Assembly: GCA_973895155.1 (NCBI GenBank)
Contig: OZ316897.1
Location: 18,262,457 to 18,326,456 of the forward strand
Length of the DNA stretch: 64,000 nucleotides
Direction of reading: 5' to 3'
From: Marsupella aquatica
Lineage: Eukaryota > Plantae > Marchantiophyta
Shown one piece after another: positions 14,201 through 28,100 of this stretch. The notes under the pieces are model-generated. The model did no database searches. It saw only the letters and a list, made by a program, of their open reading frames with translations, and was not told the origin of the DNA. Every line of letters starts with the position of its first letter. Position 1 is the first letter of the stretch. A program made the position numbers and the translations under genes.

Positions 14201-15089
14201 TAGGCGCCGATTAGCGGCAGTAGGAAGAATTAGGACCAAATCAGTTAGGATCAGCCAACGTAGGATGGAGTCCATCAACGGACTAGATTTTGTCAGTAGG
14301 CTTAGCTGCTGCCATTCCGGTCGGCACCCTTGGCATCAATGGTCAACCAGTCAGGGCGGCGCGGCCAGTTAGTCAGAGGGTAGTTAGTCAGTAGGTATTA
14401 CCCCGAAAGGTAGTATCCTCCAGTTCCCTTCCGCAACCGTAGTATTTAGGCTTTCCCTTCCGCTATGGGGAGCGAGAAGGCTTAGTTATCTTAGCAAAAG
14501 AAAAGGCGAGACATGGGGAGTCCCGGCTGAGCAGGGTCAGAGCGCACCAAGGAGTGAGAGCTAGAGTCGAGCTTGCTGGGCAAGTGCGAGGCGGGGCCTC
14601 GTAGAGATTGGGCATCGACTGCCGTTGGGCCTGCTGACCCCCTTAGAAGTCGAGTCAACCATGTAAACTGATGCTTCGCTGAGTAAATGTAGTCTTTTCC
14701 CTCTAATATTTCCGCAAGTAACTGGTATTGTGTGTATGCGTTGTCTGGGAAAAGGCGCCATTTCAAAGGACGTACCGAGTGCAGACTAATGGTAGGGATT
14801 GCCACCCATTGCATGTCACAAGGTTCTATCGCGTCGATGGCTTGAAAGCCCCAAGCCGGGAGTTAGTTCGAGTCACTAACTGTGGGAATATTCCAGCGGT
14901 GGAAAACAAATATACCTATGACTAGTACAAGTTGCGTAAGTGTTATACCAGTAAGTATATTGCCTTAGCCCAACTAGGGGCTAATTGAGGCCGCTACACA
15001 CCTCCTTGCCCGAACCCTCACCCCTACTGGTGGTCGACGTCGCGCCATGGAGCTAACCTGGATTTAAGGCCCGGGTTAGGGACGCGACA
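11282..15089. mobile_element. Solo-LTR-like insertion (3808 bp) inside the Harbinger transposase
   Basis: TGT...ACA termini with a perfect 5-bp TSD ATAGA (11277-11281, 15090-15094). No second LTR and no gag/RT/integrase seen. Confidence 0.8.
11834..14060 (+). pseudogene. Degenerate retroelement accessory ORF(s), plant-mobile-domain/Athila-ORF-like, with Pro-rich and coiled-coil tail
   Basis: Broken frame LEQFAHLLW...ICEFISNFN...TTKVSGQTLSLT...IFCLP...NGYKQGSCTN...YLGSH, followed by Pro-rich (13030-13416) and coiled-coil (13428-13826) segments. Clearly similar to 49787-50552. The family name is inferred. Confidence 0.55.
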
Positions 15090-15685
15090 ATAGAGGTGGA
15101 CCAGAAGCACGGGAGGCTTTGATGGACCATGTAGGATAGTGCTGATTGCTAAATTGGGCACTGTACATATCAATTTTTGAATTTTAATACAATGCTTCTA
15201 TTTTCAGAAGCATCCAGAGACCATTCATGTCTATTTTGCTCTGATTTTACAATTGGATTATAAGCATGGGCTATTTTTGATCCTAGATCATACTGTGAAT
15301 TATATTTCCTAGTATTGTTCACCATTTCATTCAAAATATTTTGTATGCATCAAATCTTTCATTCATAGCACATCAAAGTACTCAGATTGCAAACAAAAAA
15401 ACATTGTTCAGTTGAAAATTATGTACATTGAATCTATCACTTGAAAATACTCTCACCAAAATTGTGTAATCTATGACTTCAATATACTTTTGCCAAAGGA
15501 AACGTTCTGATATTGGAAAACTTGTTGTGTCCATGATGATCCTCTCAAAATTGTGTCCATGATCCTCTCAAAATTTTCCTCTGGTTGTTTAGCTTACTGT
15601 TTCTCCCTGTCTATAGAACTATAGGATATCTGTCCATATATGTTACATAGATAGCATAAGAGAATTCAACATCTGAAGCATCTGT

Positions 15686-16600
15686 TCACTGTCTCAATCC
15701 ATCAGCAAGGTAGCGAACAGAGTCAGCAATGAATGCAAGAGCATTCGCAACATCAATCCCTGTTTGATGAGCAGATCGAGTTGCTTCAGCTTGAGCAGCC
15801 AAAGTGTCTTCATTTCGCTTGTTGCTAAATGTGAGAAGTTGATTGTGCTCCTCCCTTCTTGCCACACGATCCTCCCCAATTGCTTTCACAAAATGTTCAG
15901 TGACTTTGTGCATCTCATCTCAAGTCCGCTTAGATGCTTGTTTTCTTTTCCACCCTCTAGTTGTTGATGGGCCAGAATCCCCCTGTCCAGTGACAGAGGC
16001 TGGGCTTCTTCCCACAGGGCTTGGGTTGGGGGAGTTGGTGGGTTGAGATGGTGTGGATCGATTTCTACCAGTCTCAGCAGCAGTTGGCGGATCACGGGTG
16101 GTTGATGGTGGCCCAGCCATGGATTCCGGAGTCATGCCTGATCCTGGGTCCATGGATTGACGGACAACTTCTTCTGCTTCAGCATCTGCTGTGCTATCCA
16201 CATATTGATTCGGATCTGGATTGACAGCTCTATTTGTGGGGACAAATACAACCATAGCCTCATAAATATCTTCCTGGAATGTAGTGGGCAAGCCTCTATC
16301 CTTCTTCTCAGACCTTGACAACTGAAACTGAAAATATCCATCGCCACCAGAGGGAGTGTGGGCCTGGAAGTCATATATCTTCTTGAAATCAGTCAACAAT
16401 GTCTCCCACCTTTTCTTGCACTGCTTCCAACCCCTTGGAACATTCTTGGTCTTGCACATGTCTTCAATTTCCTTCCACCTCTGTTCAGCTATTCGAATTC
16501 ATTCTCTAGATGAGTCTAGCTGAGATTGATCTTGCTGGTATTTATTACTGTCCACCAAGACCAGAAGTTCTCTGGTGTCCCATTGAGCAGTTCTTGCCAT
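15686..16600 (-). pseudogene. Harbinger Myb/SANT (trihelix-type) DNA-binding protein
   Basis: MARTAQWDTRELLVLV...RWKEIEDMC...RGWKQCKKRWETLLTDFKKI in one frame from 16600 to 15686, with two in-frame TGA stops (~16500 and 15920). Confidence 0.85.
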
Positions 16601-17929
16601 TCAATCCTCTGCCATCTGCACACCATAGAATTCAAAGGTTCCATATAGCTCAACTGAAGTCTGTACATAGTTTTCAGAATTCTTTTAATTGTCTTTACAT
16701 TCTATTTCACTCAATTTCAAAATCTACCAACACACTGCACTGTCTATCTGAATATGTAGCATAGTCTGAGGTTTTGTGAACAGGACTGGAGGCTAAATTT
16801 AAAGGTGGGAGATAAAGACAAGGACTCTTTGCTATATGTAGCAATAGATTGCAGTGTGTATCATAACATAAATTTGAATGCTTCGTGGACAGGATTTCTC
16901 CAAGAAAAATTGAAGCTTAACAGGAATCATATTGCAGGACAACATTCAGGACAAGATAAATCACAGAGGATTCGTAGATTCAAAGTACTTTCCAAATGAA
17001 TTGACAATGGTCCATATTGATATCAGATTTCTGGGATAGCTCATACATCGGAATTAGAATGCCTTGGTGGATTCATGAGTTCTTCTATTCAGCCCACCTC
17101 CTTTGCCGATTGATTAAATCTGTTGTATATTCAATTCACCTCCAGAATCATCCGTAGAGCTCTCAATCCAACTGCGATCATTCAGAAATTTTTTTATGAA
17201 TCAGTCTACCACGATTGCTCAGCTATGGCGGTTGCAGCAGCAACAACACTAGCTATGGTGGAAGCAGCATTGGGGACCTTGAAACAACAAAAAGCTATGG
17301 CGCGCGCGAGCTTCTAGAGTTCTATGCAAATTTCATGAGGCGGGAGGGAGAGAAAGGCGGACATCGCAGCACGGCGTGAATGGAGCCGGGTCGGGCCGGT
17401 CGCTGCAGTCAGGTCGAGCAGATTTCAGCCGGGTTGGGCGACGGCTTTTTACCACCCACAGGCGATAGCTTTGGCCGCATGACTGGGGCATGCCCGTAGC
17501 CCTCAAGGGGCGATGGCACCCCGCAAGGAGTGGGTGGGCTTGCCCTCCTCCTTGCGCCCTGATACTCCCGCACCCCTCACTCCCTGATACTGCCCTGCAT
17601 GGCAGGCAACCCACTATTCTTGGGGCATCCATGCAACCCCCTGCTCCCCGATCGTACCATCATGGAACCCTGCTCTTACAGTCCATGATTTGCAAGAGGA
17701 GATCGGTTACCTTTTACATGGGCATCCGATGAAGAAATAATCGGATGGACTGATTTGCGATGTTGTGGGCATGGCACTTTCCGTTTCTTAAGGAATCGGA
17801 GATTTCAATAGTCATCCGATTGTCGGTATCCGATGGTGTAGCCATGGCATATTGCGATTCTTAGAGGATCGGATCGGTGGTTTTTTCGCCGAATATTTTA
17901 CAAAGCCATCCGATGGGGAGAGAGTCAGA

Positions 17930-19560
17930 AAAATGGGTCAAAATGTACTAGTGTCGTCCCTCCAAGACATGCCCATGGCCCAAATGACTAGCTTGTCCCA
18001 AAGCTTGTCCCAAAGTGTTGGGACTAGCCCAGTCCGGGTTGAGATCCTGACTCTCATAGCTTTCCTACTGGTCCATTGAACTAGGATCATAGGGGCATGG
18101 GACACTTGGACCTCAACTCCCAGACCTAGTTTGCAATGCCTCCCCAACACAAGTGGGGGAGACATTGCACCAAACACGGATTGGTTGTTGTTTCTGCAAG
18201 ATCGACAATCAAACAAAATCTAGCCCTTTGCAAACTGTGAGAACCAAAGTCACCCCAAACCCAGCCAATATTAGGAGGTAGCTTTCCAACGCACCCAAGA
18301 AGTCCTCTAGCGGACTTCCTGTTGAAGAAATATTGTTGTTTTCGTTTGGTGTCTTCCCTTAGTAGCGCAACTGTTGCACTTCACAACTTGGGCTCGCCCC
18401 TCGCTCACTAAGTGACACCACTTCTCTCATATATGTTTCTGAAAATCTGCTATCCCCGGATCAACTTTGGTCCCTATTTCTGGCCCCCCACCAGGACTCT
18501 AACCACTTAGTTGACGAGGCACATAGCTAACTTGCTAAGCCCATAACGTTCTTGTCTTATGCATCCATAGATGAAGTGCCTTAGCCCATTATGATCGGGC
18601 CAAATGATGTGGTGCTCATGCCCGGGCCCTCACAACCCATCGTCCGTTGAATGTCCCGGGCTGCACAACCCAAGTGGGAACCCAAGCCCCGCCAATTCTC
18701 ATGCATTAAGCGTCTGTTCCACATGAACTAAACTTGTTGCACTTAGGCCCAAGATGAGCTTTTACTCAGGCCCTCAAAACTCAGAGTCCATTTAAGGAAC
18801 CAAACAGCCCGCCCTAAGAACGGTTTTCTCATGGCTTGACCAACTCATAATGTCTGTTACACCATTGTGAGTGCTATTAGAGTATATCATGTTGTTTGAG
18901 TTTAGTCCTGAGTTTAGTGCTTTCATATGTGTGCTATATGACCCAATAGGGTTCAGTAGGGGGTTCAGTTCACGTTTGGAGGGATAGTTATCCCTTGTGG
19001 TGGCTTGAAGGCCTCATCTTTTGATGTTGAGCCTTCAAGCATCAGCTTTGGCAGCTATGGTGTGGCCAGCCAGATCTGAATGCATAAACGTGGATGTGGG
19101 TTTTGGAATATGTGTGGTCAGATTGGGCATGATCGATTGTGTTTTGTTGGCGTCAATCGGAGCTTGATTCTTTGGAAGATTATTGTGGGTTTTGGACATG
19201 TGTGGACATGAGTCTGGCTTGTACCTCATTCTCTTATGTTTGTTGTGTCTATGTTTGGATGTGTGTGATATGCAATATATGTTGTGTAGGTAGCAATGTG
19301 TATGCACATGACACGCCAGTCCAAGGCCCTTGTGCGAAACCCTAGCTCCGCGCACCACCTTTGCTAGTTTAACGCTTCTTTGCTCTCAAGTCTGCTCATA
19401 TTTAGTCCCTTTCGGATGACCATCCCAGCGATTGGACCATAGAGGAGCTCGGCACCGGAGCTAAGTGGTAGAGTAGTTGAGTTCTGCGACTAGCTTTGTT
19501 GCGCCTCTGACCCAATTGATTTACCAAAAACTCTACTTGGCCCAAATCTTTGAGTTTGAC
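17930..19560. repeat. Retroelement-like repeat related to 44640-45250 and 46657-48712
   Basis: Shared motifs: cttgtcccaaagcttgtcccaa, caacgcacccaagaagtc, ggcccaaga.gagct...actca.gccctca.aactca.agtcc, and ccggagctaagtg...agt.gagtt. Confidence 0.6.
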
Positions 19561-22500
19561 TTCATTATTCCCTTGCAAGGTTAGTCAGGAGGGTCCATGA
19601 CATATGTCAACCAAGGTTATGACAAACAACCTACGTATACTAAGAACATACAAGCCAACAATATAAGAGGGGTTTTATGGGGAGGAAATGCACAGTTGGG
19701 GCCAGTCTAGAGAGAACAAGCAAACCAGGCCCAATCTCAACCCCATTTTGGCCCCCCAATCTGTCCTCACCCCTACTTTGTTACATCAACAAGGGTAGAT
19801 TGCAATTCTATGGCAGTTCATTCCATACCCCCAACAAACACAAAAGAGACTGACCATCACTAGAGGGGTTTGATGATAAAATACAAGCTGACCCCAAAAT
19901 GGGTTTGTTTTTTCCTTTAATTTACTGCCCCTTGTTGATTAATTTTTTTTGCCGTCCCAAGGTTAGTTTTCTTTCTCCCAAATTTGTGTTTCTTTACCTC
20001 AATCCCCTATGTCATTTTTCTGTCCCTCTCTCTTGTTTGATCTTTTCCTCCCCTTGGAACTTGATGAAGAAGGGAATGGAAGGGAGGTTTGGGACCGAGG
20101 GCATGCAGGTGTGCAAGTTGTTGACGCTCTGGCCCACTTTTACGTACACATGCAAGGCAAGGCAAGGCAAGGCAAGGTACCAAATTCATGGGGTTTTTAC
20201 TCAAACTCTAAATAATAATTCTGTTTTTTTTGTGTTAGTGGTTTCTGACAGCTAATTTTCAGGTCAACATTAATCTTTCATATTGACGATGTCATTATAA
20301 TTTGACATCAATTTCCTTCCAACAATCTTTCATTTAGATATGTGCATTGCACATGACATATGACTTGCCTCCTGTCTCCCTTCCTCATTCACTTGATCCT
20401 CCCCTCCCTTTCCAACATTCCTCTGCCATCTTCATTGCCCACCATATTTGTGCTTACCATGTGCCATTCAGCATTTCTTAGAGCATTACGCAATGTTCAC
20501 ATGTTTGTGTGTCTATGAAAATGATCTATGTCTATTTTACATCCAAGTTATGCCCTCCCTTTCACAATACTCAATTTCCCCTCTCTCAATGACTTGCCCA
20601 CTTCTGCTTTAGTCCATGAATAATCAAGAGATGCTCTCATCCATGAATGATAGCAGACATTGTGGTAGATGCAAGGTTACTAAGCATGGTACATAAAACT
20701 CTCCATCAAGGAGATTTGAAAACTGACGTCCTATCAAGGCAGAGGTTTGGTCTAGCACCCCGTTTTATATACTTTTAATGTCAATGTGATTGTATATCCA
20801 ATATTGTAGGTGGATAATATTATTATTATTACTACTACTATTTTTTAAATTAAAATTTATTCCACGTGAACCCCACAGATGGGGGGAACCAGCAGGCCCA
20901 AAGGCAAGAGGGAGCCAAAATGGCAAAGGACAACAGCCTCGAAAAGCCACAAAAGACAAGTGACCCTAAAAGGACCAGCAATCCCACACCACTACGATAA
21001 TGCAATACATTGCACCAGCCCACCAGGAGCAGAATCAGCCAGCCTGAGTACTCACAGCCTAATACAGGAACATAGTCTTTCAAAGCCACCAAAAGTCACA
21101 GTCTACCAAGCGGGAGAGCAATACCCAAAGTCAGGAAACACTAGCCCAAAAGAACAGCAAAGCACATCGTCTCCGTCCAACAGCAATAGTAGCAGAGCTC
21201 AGCCACAACACCACCACCCTCTAGGCCGTTGCCAACAGTCTGCCCATTTCGTATGACAAACTTGCGTCTTATTTCAAGTGGCTCTCTCAGGGCACAAGAA
21301 GCGGGAGGAAGCTCCAGTGTTCTGTGAGAAGCAAATATGTAACCCTACAGCGATATCTGACAAGGCAGCACCCATTGAAGAATCAACTGAAAAATATGAG
21401 CATGTAAGTCGATGCTTCCAATCTTTAATTTGGCTTTCGTTTCTTTCCACAATTTGTAAGAAAACTTCAAAGCAATACTATTGATGTCCTGCAGGAATTC
21501 TGAGTCTGTATTCATTTGGTGACATTGTTTCACTTCATCAACATTTGTGTCTCGTTGGTGTAATATTATTTCCAGCTTGACCACTTCATTAATGGAAACG
21601 AACCCGTGAGTAACCAACTACAGGTGTTGCAGTCGTTGGTCTTATTTCCTCGTCTCTATCAAGCTCCTGTAGCGTAGTCTGCTTCCTGTACACTCTTATT
21701 GGCTCCAATGTTTAGGAACGTCGAATGGGACTACTTCAAAGAAATGAATTTTTGTTATTCGTTTCCCAACTCTGCTAATTGGTCTCTTTTGTCACCACCT
21801 AGCCACCCTGTTGCTGTTGTGTTCTAGGAAACACATAATTCGTCTTTGCGATTCTCACCCATGAGAATTGACTGAACGCTCGAAGTCATCTTAACCCAGT
21901 GCAGCTCCAAATGGATTGCACCATACAATGGCTGTCTTGAGAAAATGTTACTGATTGATCAGATACTTGTCCGCAAGAGAATTTTCTCTCTTGATACAGT
22001 GATGGAGAGATCTAATTGGCATTTGATGTTGTGACATGTTGTTTCTCTTGTTTTTGGATCAGGGGACCAATAGACATCGTAGGATTTGATTCAGCAGGTA
22101 GGGGCATATGGCAATGTGATCGGAGGGCTGAGAGCTAGACAGCACAAAGGAGCTGATTGGTGATGTTTGTGAGGGAAAGCTGGTTTGTGCAGACTGCATG
22201 GAATTTTATGGCCAGGAGGTGACAGCCTAGTGCAGAATGAGGACTCTCTTTAGTATGTCCACTGAAATAATTGCTTCTGTTTAATTTGTAGGGATTCAGG
22301 AATAAGACTCTGGAGATTGAAATATATTGGTTACACGAACGAGCAGGTAGGGTGGCCGACCTTTGCACCGAATTCGATTTGCAACCCTTTTCAAATTGGC
22401 GTCCCTTGGTGGCGAAATAAAGCAAGCTAGGTTTGACTTCGACATCAGCCTAGAAGATTATTTGGACAAGAGCTACTACATGACTACTATGCTGCTTGCC

Positions 22501-22819
22501 GCCAACCATCGTCAGGGGAATGAACAGACGTGGCTGCGACCAGGTGTACGAATGTGGGTCTGGCTTAAAGTCGTAGATGTCTGTTTGGGGGTTCACCTCG
22601 GTCTTCAGAACAGGTTAGTAAGCCAGGTGGTACCGATATGGTGGCGCCGAGGGAAATCTGACAGGCGGTGTCCCTTGTGCATTTCAAAAGTGAGTGGGAA
22701 CTAAGAGAATGGATTAGCTCAGAGTTGAACAAATATGGCTCTTTAGATACACGCTGCCAATGCCCAATTTGAAGAGGTGTAGAGGTATCGAAAAGGCCCG
22801 ACCGCTCTCACAATAGAAG

Positions 22820-25140
22820 AGTGACTTTGAGACTTACTTGCGGTCTTAAACAAAATATCTTTGCGGCACTATCTTTGGTTATATCTTTGGAATTCTTTCT
22901 TCTGCACGCACTGTCATGGAGATTATCGTGTAAATCCTTCTTGTTCAGACCCCTGTTCGCTCTTTTTTGCTCCACAACAGACACTCCTAGAGAAAAGGTT
23001 GATGGTGAGAAGAGGAAACTGGCTTGTACGAGGATTTAATACTCGCAAACATCGTCTACTTAGCCTGTGCAAATTGTTCGGTTTGGAAACTGTTATGGTC
23101 GCTCAAATCGAACTTAAGAACATTATATTTTTGTCATTTGCTAAACTCTGACATTCATCAAGTTGGAATCCTAGGTCGCTGAGGATGTCACGGCAATTGC
23201 TTGTTGCATCTGTCCCGGTGTTACAGAACAAGGATCCTCATCGGACATTAGAGATGTCATCTTGGACAATTGAAGACCTGCTCTCAATTGCTCGACTGCT
23301 GGACTTTCAAATGTACTAGTGCGCGTCAATCAGGAAAACAGTAACAAACGCAACAAATTCTCTGGAAGTGCTATGATGCATGCCTACCATATAGTTGCGC
23401 ATCTGTTTTTCGACAACTGTCATCCGCTTTGAGAACTCAACTGATATGACTTCTTCCTCGAGTCTTCAATACGTAGAGAGCGGAGCACATGATATTTAGG
23501 CGAAAAGCTTCCATAAGACATGTTTTACAAGATAGTCACATGCATAAGGGCGGGCAACCAATGTAGTAATAATTTTACAAGTAAATAAAATTTTCACTCT
23601 GAGGAAAGTGATTGTCTATCTCTTCGTTAACCAATCGTGACCTTTCTATTCGACAAGTGACAATTGTTTGATTGACTTGGTCGATTTGTGAGAAGCGTCG
23701 CAGCTGAGGTTACGGAATCCAACGCTTCAGAAACCGGAACTTCCCCGAATTGTAAGCTGGTCAAGAATCAAAACTAATAGTTCATACAATTAACTGTACA
23801 ACTGGAAATACGAGTTATACCTAGAGTAGGCAATGTTTTCGTCGTGGACTGTAGCTGCCTTGGTGCAGACGGTAAGTGTCTGTAGTGCCAGAGATCTGCA
23901 CAGTTTGATTTTAGTTTCCTTAGTCAAGAAAGTTTCTTTCCACCTTTTTTTGTGAATTCGGAAAACTCCTTTATTTCGATTTCAAAATGACGGATACGTC
24001 ATGCAAGCTGTGTCACGGATCTGTCATCCTTTGTTCACTGAGTGGTCTACATTTGCAGAGAACTAAAAAATATGAAGTCCGGCTTATCTTAGTCTGTAGG
24101 TGATCCCAGCTGGACACCAAGGCTAGAACAGTACTATAGGACTACAGTCCGTTCAGGAGGACCTTCGCGAGGTCGTGGACAGTTTAGTCAATGGGAATAT
24201 GCCTTGCTGCCCTTGGCCGGTCACTTGGAATCGATTAGCAATCTACTTTCGTTTTTTGCCTCGAAACCGAAGCTCACCCATCGGACCAACTTTACATGAA
24301 TTCTTCATGATGGAAACATCTTTGAGATATTATTCTCATCTACTTTAGCCAACATGTTGTCCGTGTTGATTCTATTTTCAGATGTCTGAATGTTGAACTG
24401 CGAGTGGAACTCCCTGGGGTACTTCCAGGAATATGTTCCGGAGTTTAGGGCACAGTAAAATTCTTCTATAGTAAAGAACGAGTTCAGATCAGTTTCACAG
24501 ATTCTGTTCTAAAAACGTGTGGTGCCGTGTGCCGTGAGTTGCCCAGCTTCTTTCCGGGGTTGTGTCTTGGGATCTTTTAAATAGACGATTGACTGTGAAG
24601 GGACATGTCCTCAAGTTAAAAGTTTCCTGAAGCTAACACCTGTTTTTAAAACTGCAATCCGAATGGAGAATTGCTAGGAATATTGAGCAGACGGTAGCTG
24701 AAGAAATTATAGTATCTAGACCAATTACAGGACAAGATGCTACTGCAATGGTCCCTTCTGGGTCGGTTCCAGTCAGAAAACTTAATCACTCTCGAGTTGT
24801 GTTCTGGTTTTCAAATACATGATTGAGGATCAAGTTACATGTCCTCTGACTGATTTAATGTATTGGAGCAGCTTACACCATTGTCAAAAACAAAATACTA
24901 CTGGACTACGATTGCGAAGTAGGCAGTGGACTGTTTGGCAGAATCATTTCTCCATTGTAGTTTGTTTGGCCCTTTCTAGTAAATTGGTCCTTTCCCGCTG
25001 AAAGAAAACACAAGGTAATCAAGCATTGAGATTAGAAAGCTGCCATTATCCAATCGAACCCAGTTTGTTGATAGTGAAATACTGTACGTGACCTGTCTTC
25101 GAGCCTGTCTTGACAAGGGTGGCTTGTTTCAGGACCTTGT
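22820..25140. repeat. Gene-less copy of the TRN1-like tandem duplication unit
   Basis: 22820-24290 is near-identical to 28685-30160, the upstream flank of the gene. 24380-25130 matches 38290-39820, the downstream flank. The coding region between them is absent. Confidence 0.8.
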
Positions 25141-28100
25141 AAGACTTATCAAGGGTGATTTTCATTGTTTTCTGAACCAATGTAATGGTCTGGAGTGGTT
25201 CCCACCCTAAACACTTGTCTGCGTGGGGACCATGGGCAGCCTTCGGCGGGATCGGATTTTATAGAGTAAACTTGGACAGTTGAATGGAATCTGACAGTTT
25301 GCACTCGGCAAGAATCCCAGGTCAAAATTAGGCTTTCAAATGATGGTAAACGTGCTCGAGTTTTTCTCCCACATTTACAAATACCCTACCATTTAAGATA
25401 ATCGGTGAAAAAGCCTCCATGAACCTCGATGTTTGCAAAATTCTTCCATTCCGCTGACAGGCACAACTCTCGTGGACCCCCATGAAACATCACGCTTTAA
25501 TCACCTGACTGAAAACTAGCAAATGGAGTGAACCCTGCTCCTTGGAATCAACGCCGCCCCATGCTTGGTCTCGATTTCCTTGCTATCTTGTTGGCTACAT
25601 CACCCTCTATCCTGTCAAAATGTAAATGGATTTTCGGTGACGTAAGCAGCGGGATAATGCTTGCATCATCTCAGCCTCAAATAGCTTTTATCATCAAGAA
25701 TGAGCAGCAAAACTTGATTGCACATATCCATTACCAGGTCTCGTTCATTGCATCATTCTTCCCAACAATTGATACTTCCTATTGTTCTACTGGTGAACTC
25801 ATCCGGTTTTTAGGGACTTTGATTGATGAAGTTCACATAAGATGGAGACAAGTTGCTGCCATTATCCAGTTGAATCGAGTTTGATATTAACATTGATTCG
25901 GTGATGAGTGATAGTGCAATACGTGATTGCCGCGAGCCATCTTCAGGGGAATGAGCAGAAGTGGCTGCGACCAGATGGACGGTGATGGGTATGGCATTTC
26001 ACGTCATGAATGACAGTTGGGGGTTCACACGGTCTTCAGAACCGGTGTGTAGCCAGGTGGTAGCGATATGGCGGCCCCCAAGGGAAGTCTGACAGGCGCT
26101 GTCCCTTTTGCATTTCAAAGTGAGCAGGAACTAAGGGAACAGATTAGCTCAGAGTTGAAAAACTTTGGTTCTTTAGATACATGCTGCCACGGCCCATTTG
26201 AACAAGTGTAGAGGTATCGAAAAGGCCCGACAGCTTTCACAATAGGACAGTGAGTTTGAGACTTACTTGAGGTGTTAAACAAAATCTCTTTCGGGCACTA
26301 TCATTGGATTGTTTGTTATTTCTTGTGCACGCACTGTCATGGAGATTATCGTAACAATCCTTCTTCTCCAGACCCCTGTTCTTACTCCACAACAGAGTTG
26401 TCACTCGTAGAGGAAAAGTTCAACCTGGGAACAGGGAGCTAGCTTGCACAAGGATTCAATATACGCAACCATCATCTACTGAGCCTGCTGAGGTTGTTTG
26501 GTTTGGAAAGATATCCTCCTGCAAGAGTAGATTTATTTCCATGAGAGAAGATCGATAAATCTTCTTGCACATATGATTTGTAACTTAAAAGGTTTACTAG
26601 AGATTAAACTTTCTTCATATATGTTCGAAGAAATCATTTCTTTATTCTCGAACAGGTCACCATCAGAATCAGATCCTTAAACCAGAGTGGAATCGGTTCT
26701 AGGACAAGGAGTTCGGTGTATTTTCCTTTCATAGCGCTTGGCAACTGTGTATGGCATAGAGAGACGGCCTTTCCTAATTGGCTAGAACTTATGTATACGT
26801 ATAAGGTGTCTACCGAGGTTGGCTACATATAGCATTGACAACGTAGCTCCTGGACTAAATCGCCAGGCCTTTTTTGACGTTAAGAATTTTCGTGTAAAGA
26901 TATAACAGTCTCCTTCTCCTCAACAAAGATTAGACAATCCTCTTGCTGAAAGGACTTTCTGCTTTGGTCCCTTGAATCGAAATTAACAACATTATATTTT
27001 TGTCATTCGCTAAACTTTGACATTCATCGAGTTGACTAATTCTCAAATTGATCAGATTCGTGTGGTGCGAGGTAAAGTCATGGTACTCCTCGAGCTCACT
27101 TTTTTCCTTGTCTTCCTGCTTCTATTGCTCTCAAGTGCTCCTTCGGGGCCCGATTGACTTCCAAATACGTGCGTTCTTGCACCATACTATCCTGTTGCAT
27201 TCACGCCTTGGTCCTTTCTGTCCATGAGACTCGAACTGGTGAAGGACTATCTAAAAAGTACCTACCTGGACACTCCCAAGAGAACTATTGCGGACTGGCG
27301 CTGGAAGTAAGGTCATGTCAGTTTAGTAGGAACAAGATCGTTGTCGTCCACTGACAAGGGCAATGAGTTGGTCGACCTTTTTGAGATTTCTATTGGTACC
27401 ACCAAACCGAGTTTGCTAGTGTCTGTTGGATCATTTGGTCACGGAAATAAAGAAAATCTTGTGGACAGCTTCCCTTCGTCGTTATCCATGCCAAGCATTG
27501 TGTATATCCAAGGTGCTGAACTGTTTGTGTGTCAGGAGATAATCGGTGGAGCTTCTTGGTGAGATAGCAATTACTGACCTCTCCAGGTGGTCTGGCCCCG
27601 ATGTAACCACTAAACCCGCGATGGATTTTTTGCATCCGTTCTGGAGGAAGCAAACTCTGGCTGGAATGAATGATTTACCACGACATAAGATTGTGTGGAA
27701 CAATTCAGCATTGGTATTAGCAGCTCATTGTAACAAGGGACTCCAATCCCAGCATCAATATATTGACGTTTATCTAGTCGACTACTGTGACAATTGTGTC
27801 CAGGCCTGTGTACAAGTGCTGCCAAATTGTACAAATTGATTCGCAAAGATTGGACAACAAATGTTGAACTTGTTAAAGCAGGGATTACTTAGACTGCCCA
27901 ACACGGTGCCTTGAGCAAGAGACTTTTCAAGTTGCATGAAACAGAATGATGAAGATAGATTTAGATTGGTTCCTGGACATTTCTCTTTTCCACCCCAAGA
28001 AGTTGGGTAGTCCAACTTATCCAAGCGTCTCCCGTCTCTGTATATCGTTGGGGCTCTGTCAGATGCATCTATTAGCCAAAATGGTACAAAAGAATCGGAG

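Larger units (their letters stand above)
9883..15139 (+). pseudogene. Harbinger (HARBI1-like DDE_Tnp_4) transposase, disrupted
   Basis: Motifs VALALRRLAT...LGELFGVSKS (HTH), AIDGTH (~10680), YIIGDAGYPL (~10940), VERSFG and CCVLHN. Contains stops and frameshifts. After removing the 11282-15089 insert the C-terminus reads MYRGGPEAREALMDHVG*, ending at 15139. Confidence 0.85.
8970..17675 (+). mobile_element. PIF/Harbinger DNA transposon (decayed), two convergent genes
   Basis: 15-bp TIRs GAGAGGGGTTCCATG (8970-8984) and CATGGAACCCTGCTC (17661-17675) match at 13/15. TTA flanks both sides (8967-8969, 17676-17678). Encloses a DDE transposase and a Myb/SANT gene. Confidence 0.85.

Noticed and set aside
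17700-17930. Cluster of CCGAT/ATCGG motifs resembling a TE subterminal region
   Set aside because: No TIR pair or TSD could be defined.
20830-21257. LTR-like fragment ending in ...gtatgaca
   Set aside because: Only one plausible terminus and no TSD.
27150-27960. Possible gene fragment (ORFs 27341-27839)
   Set aside because: No recognisable motif or splice structure.
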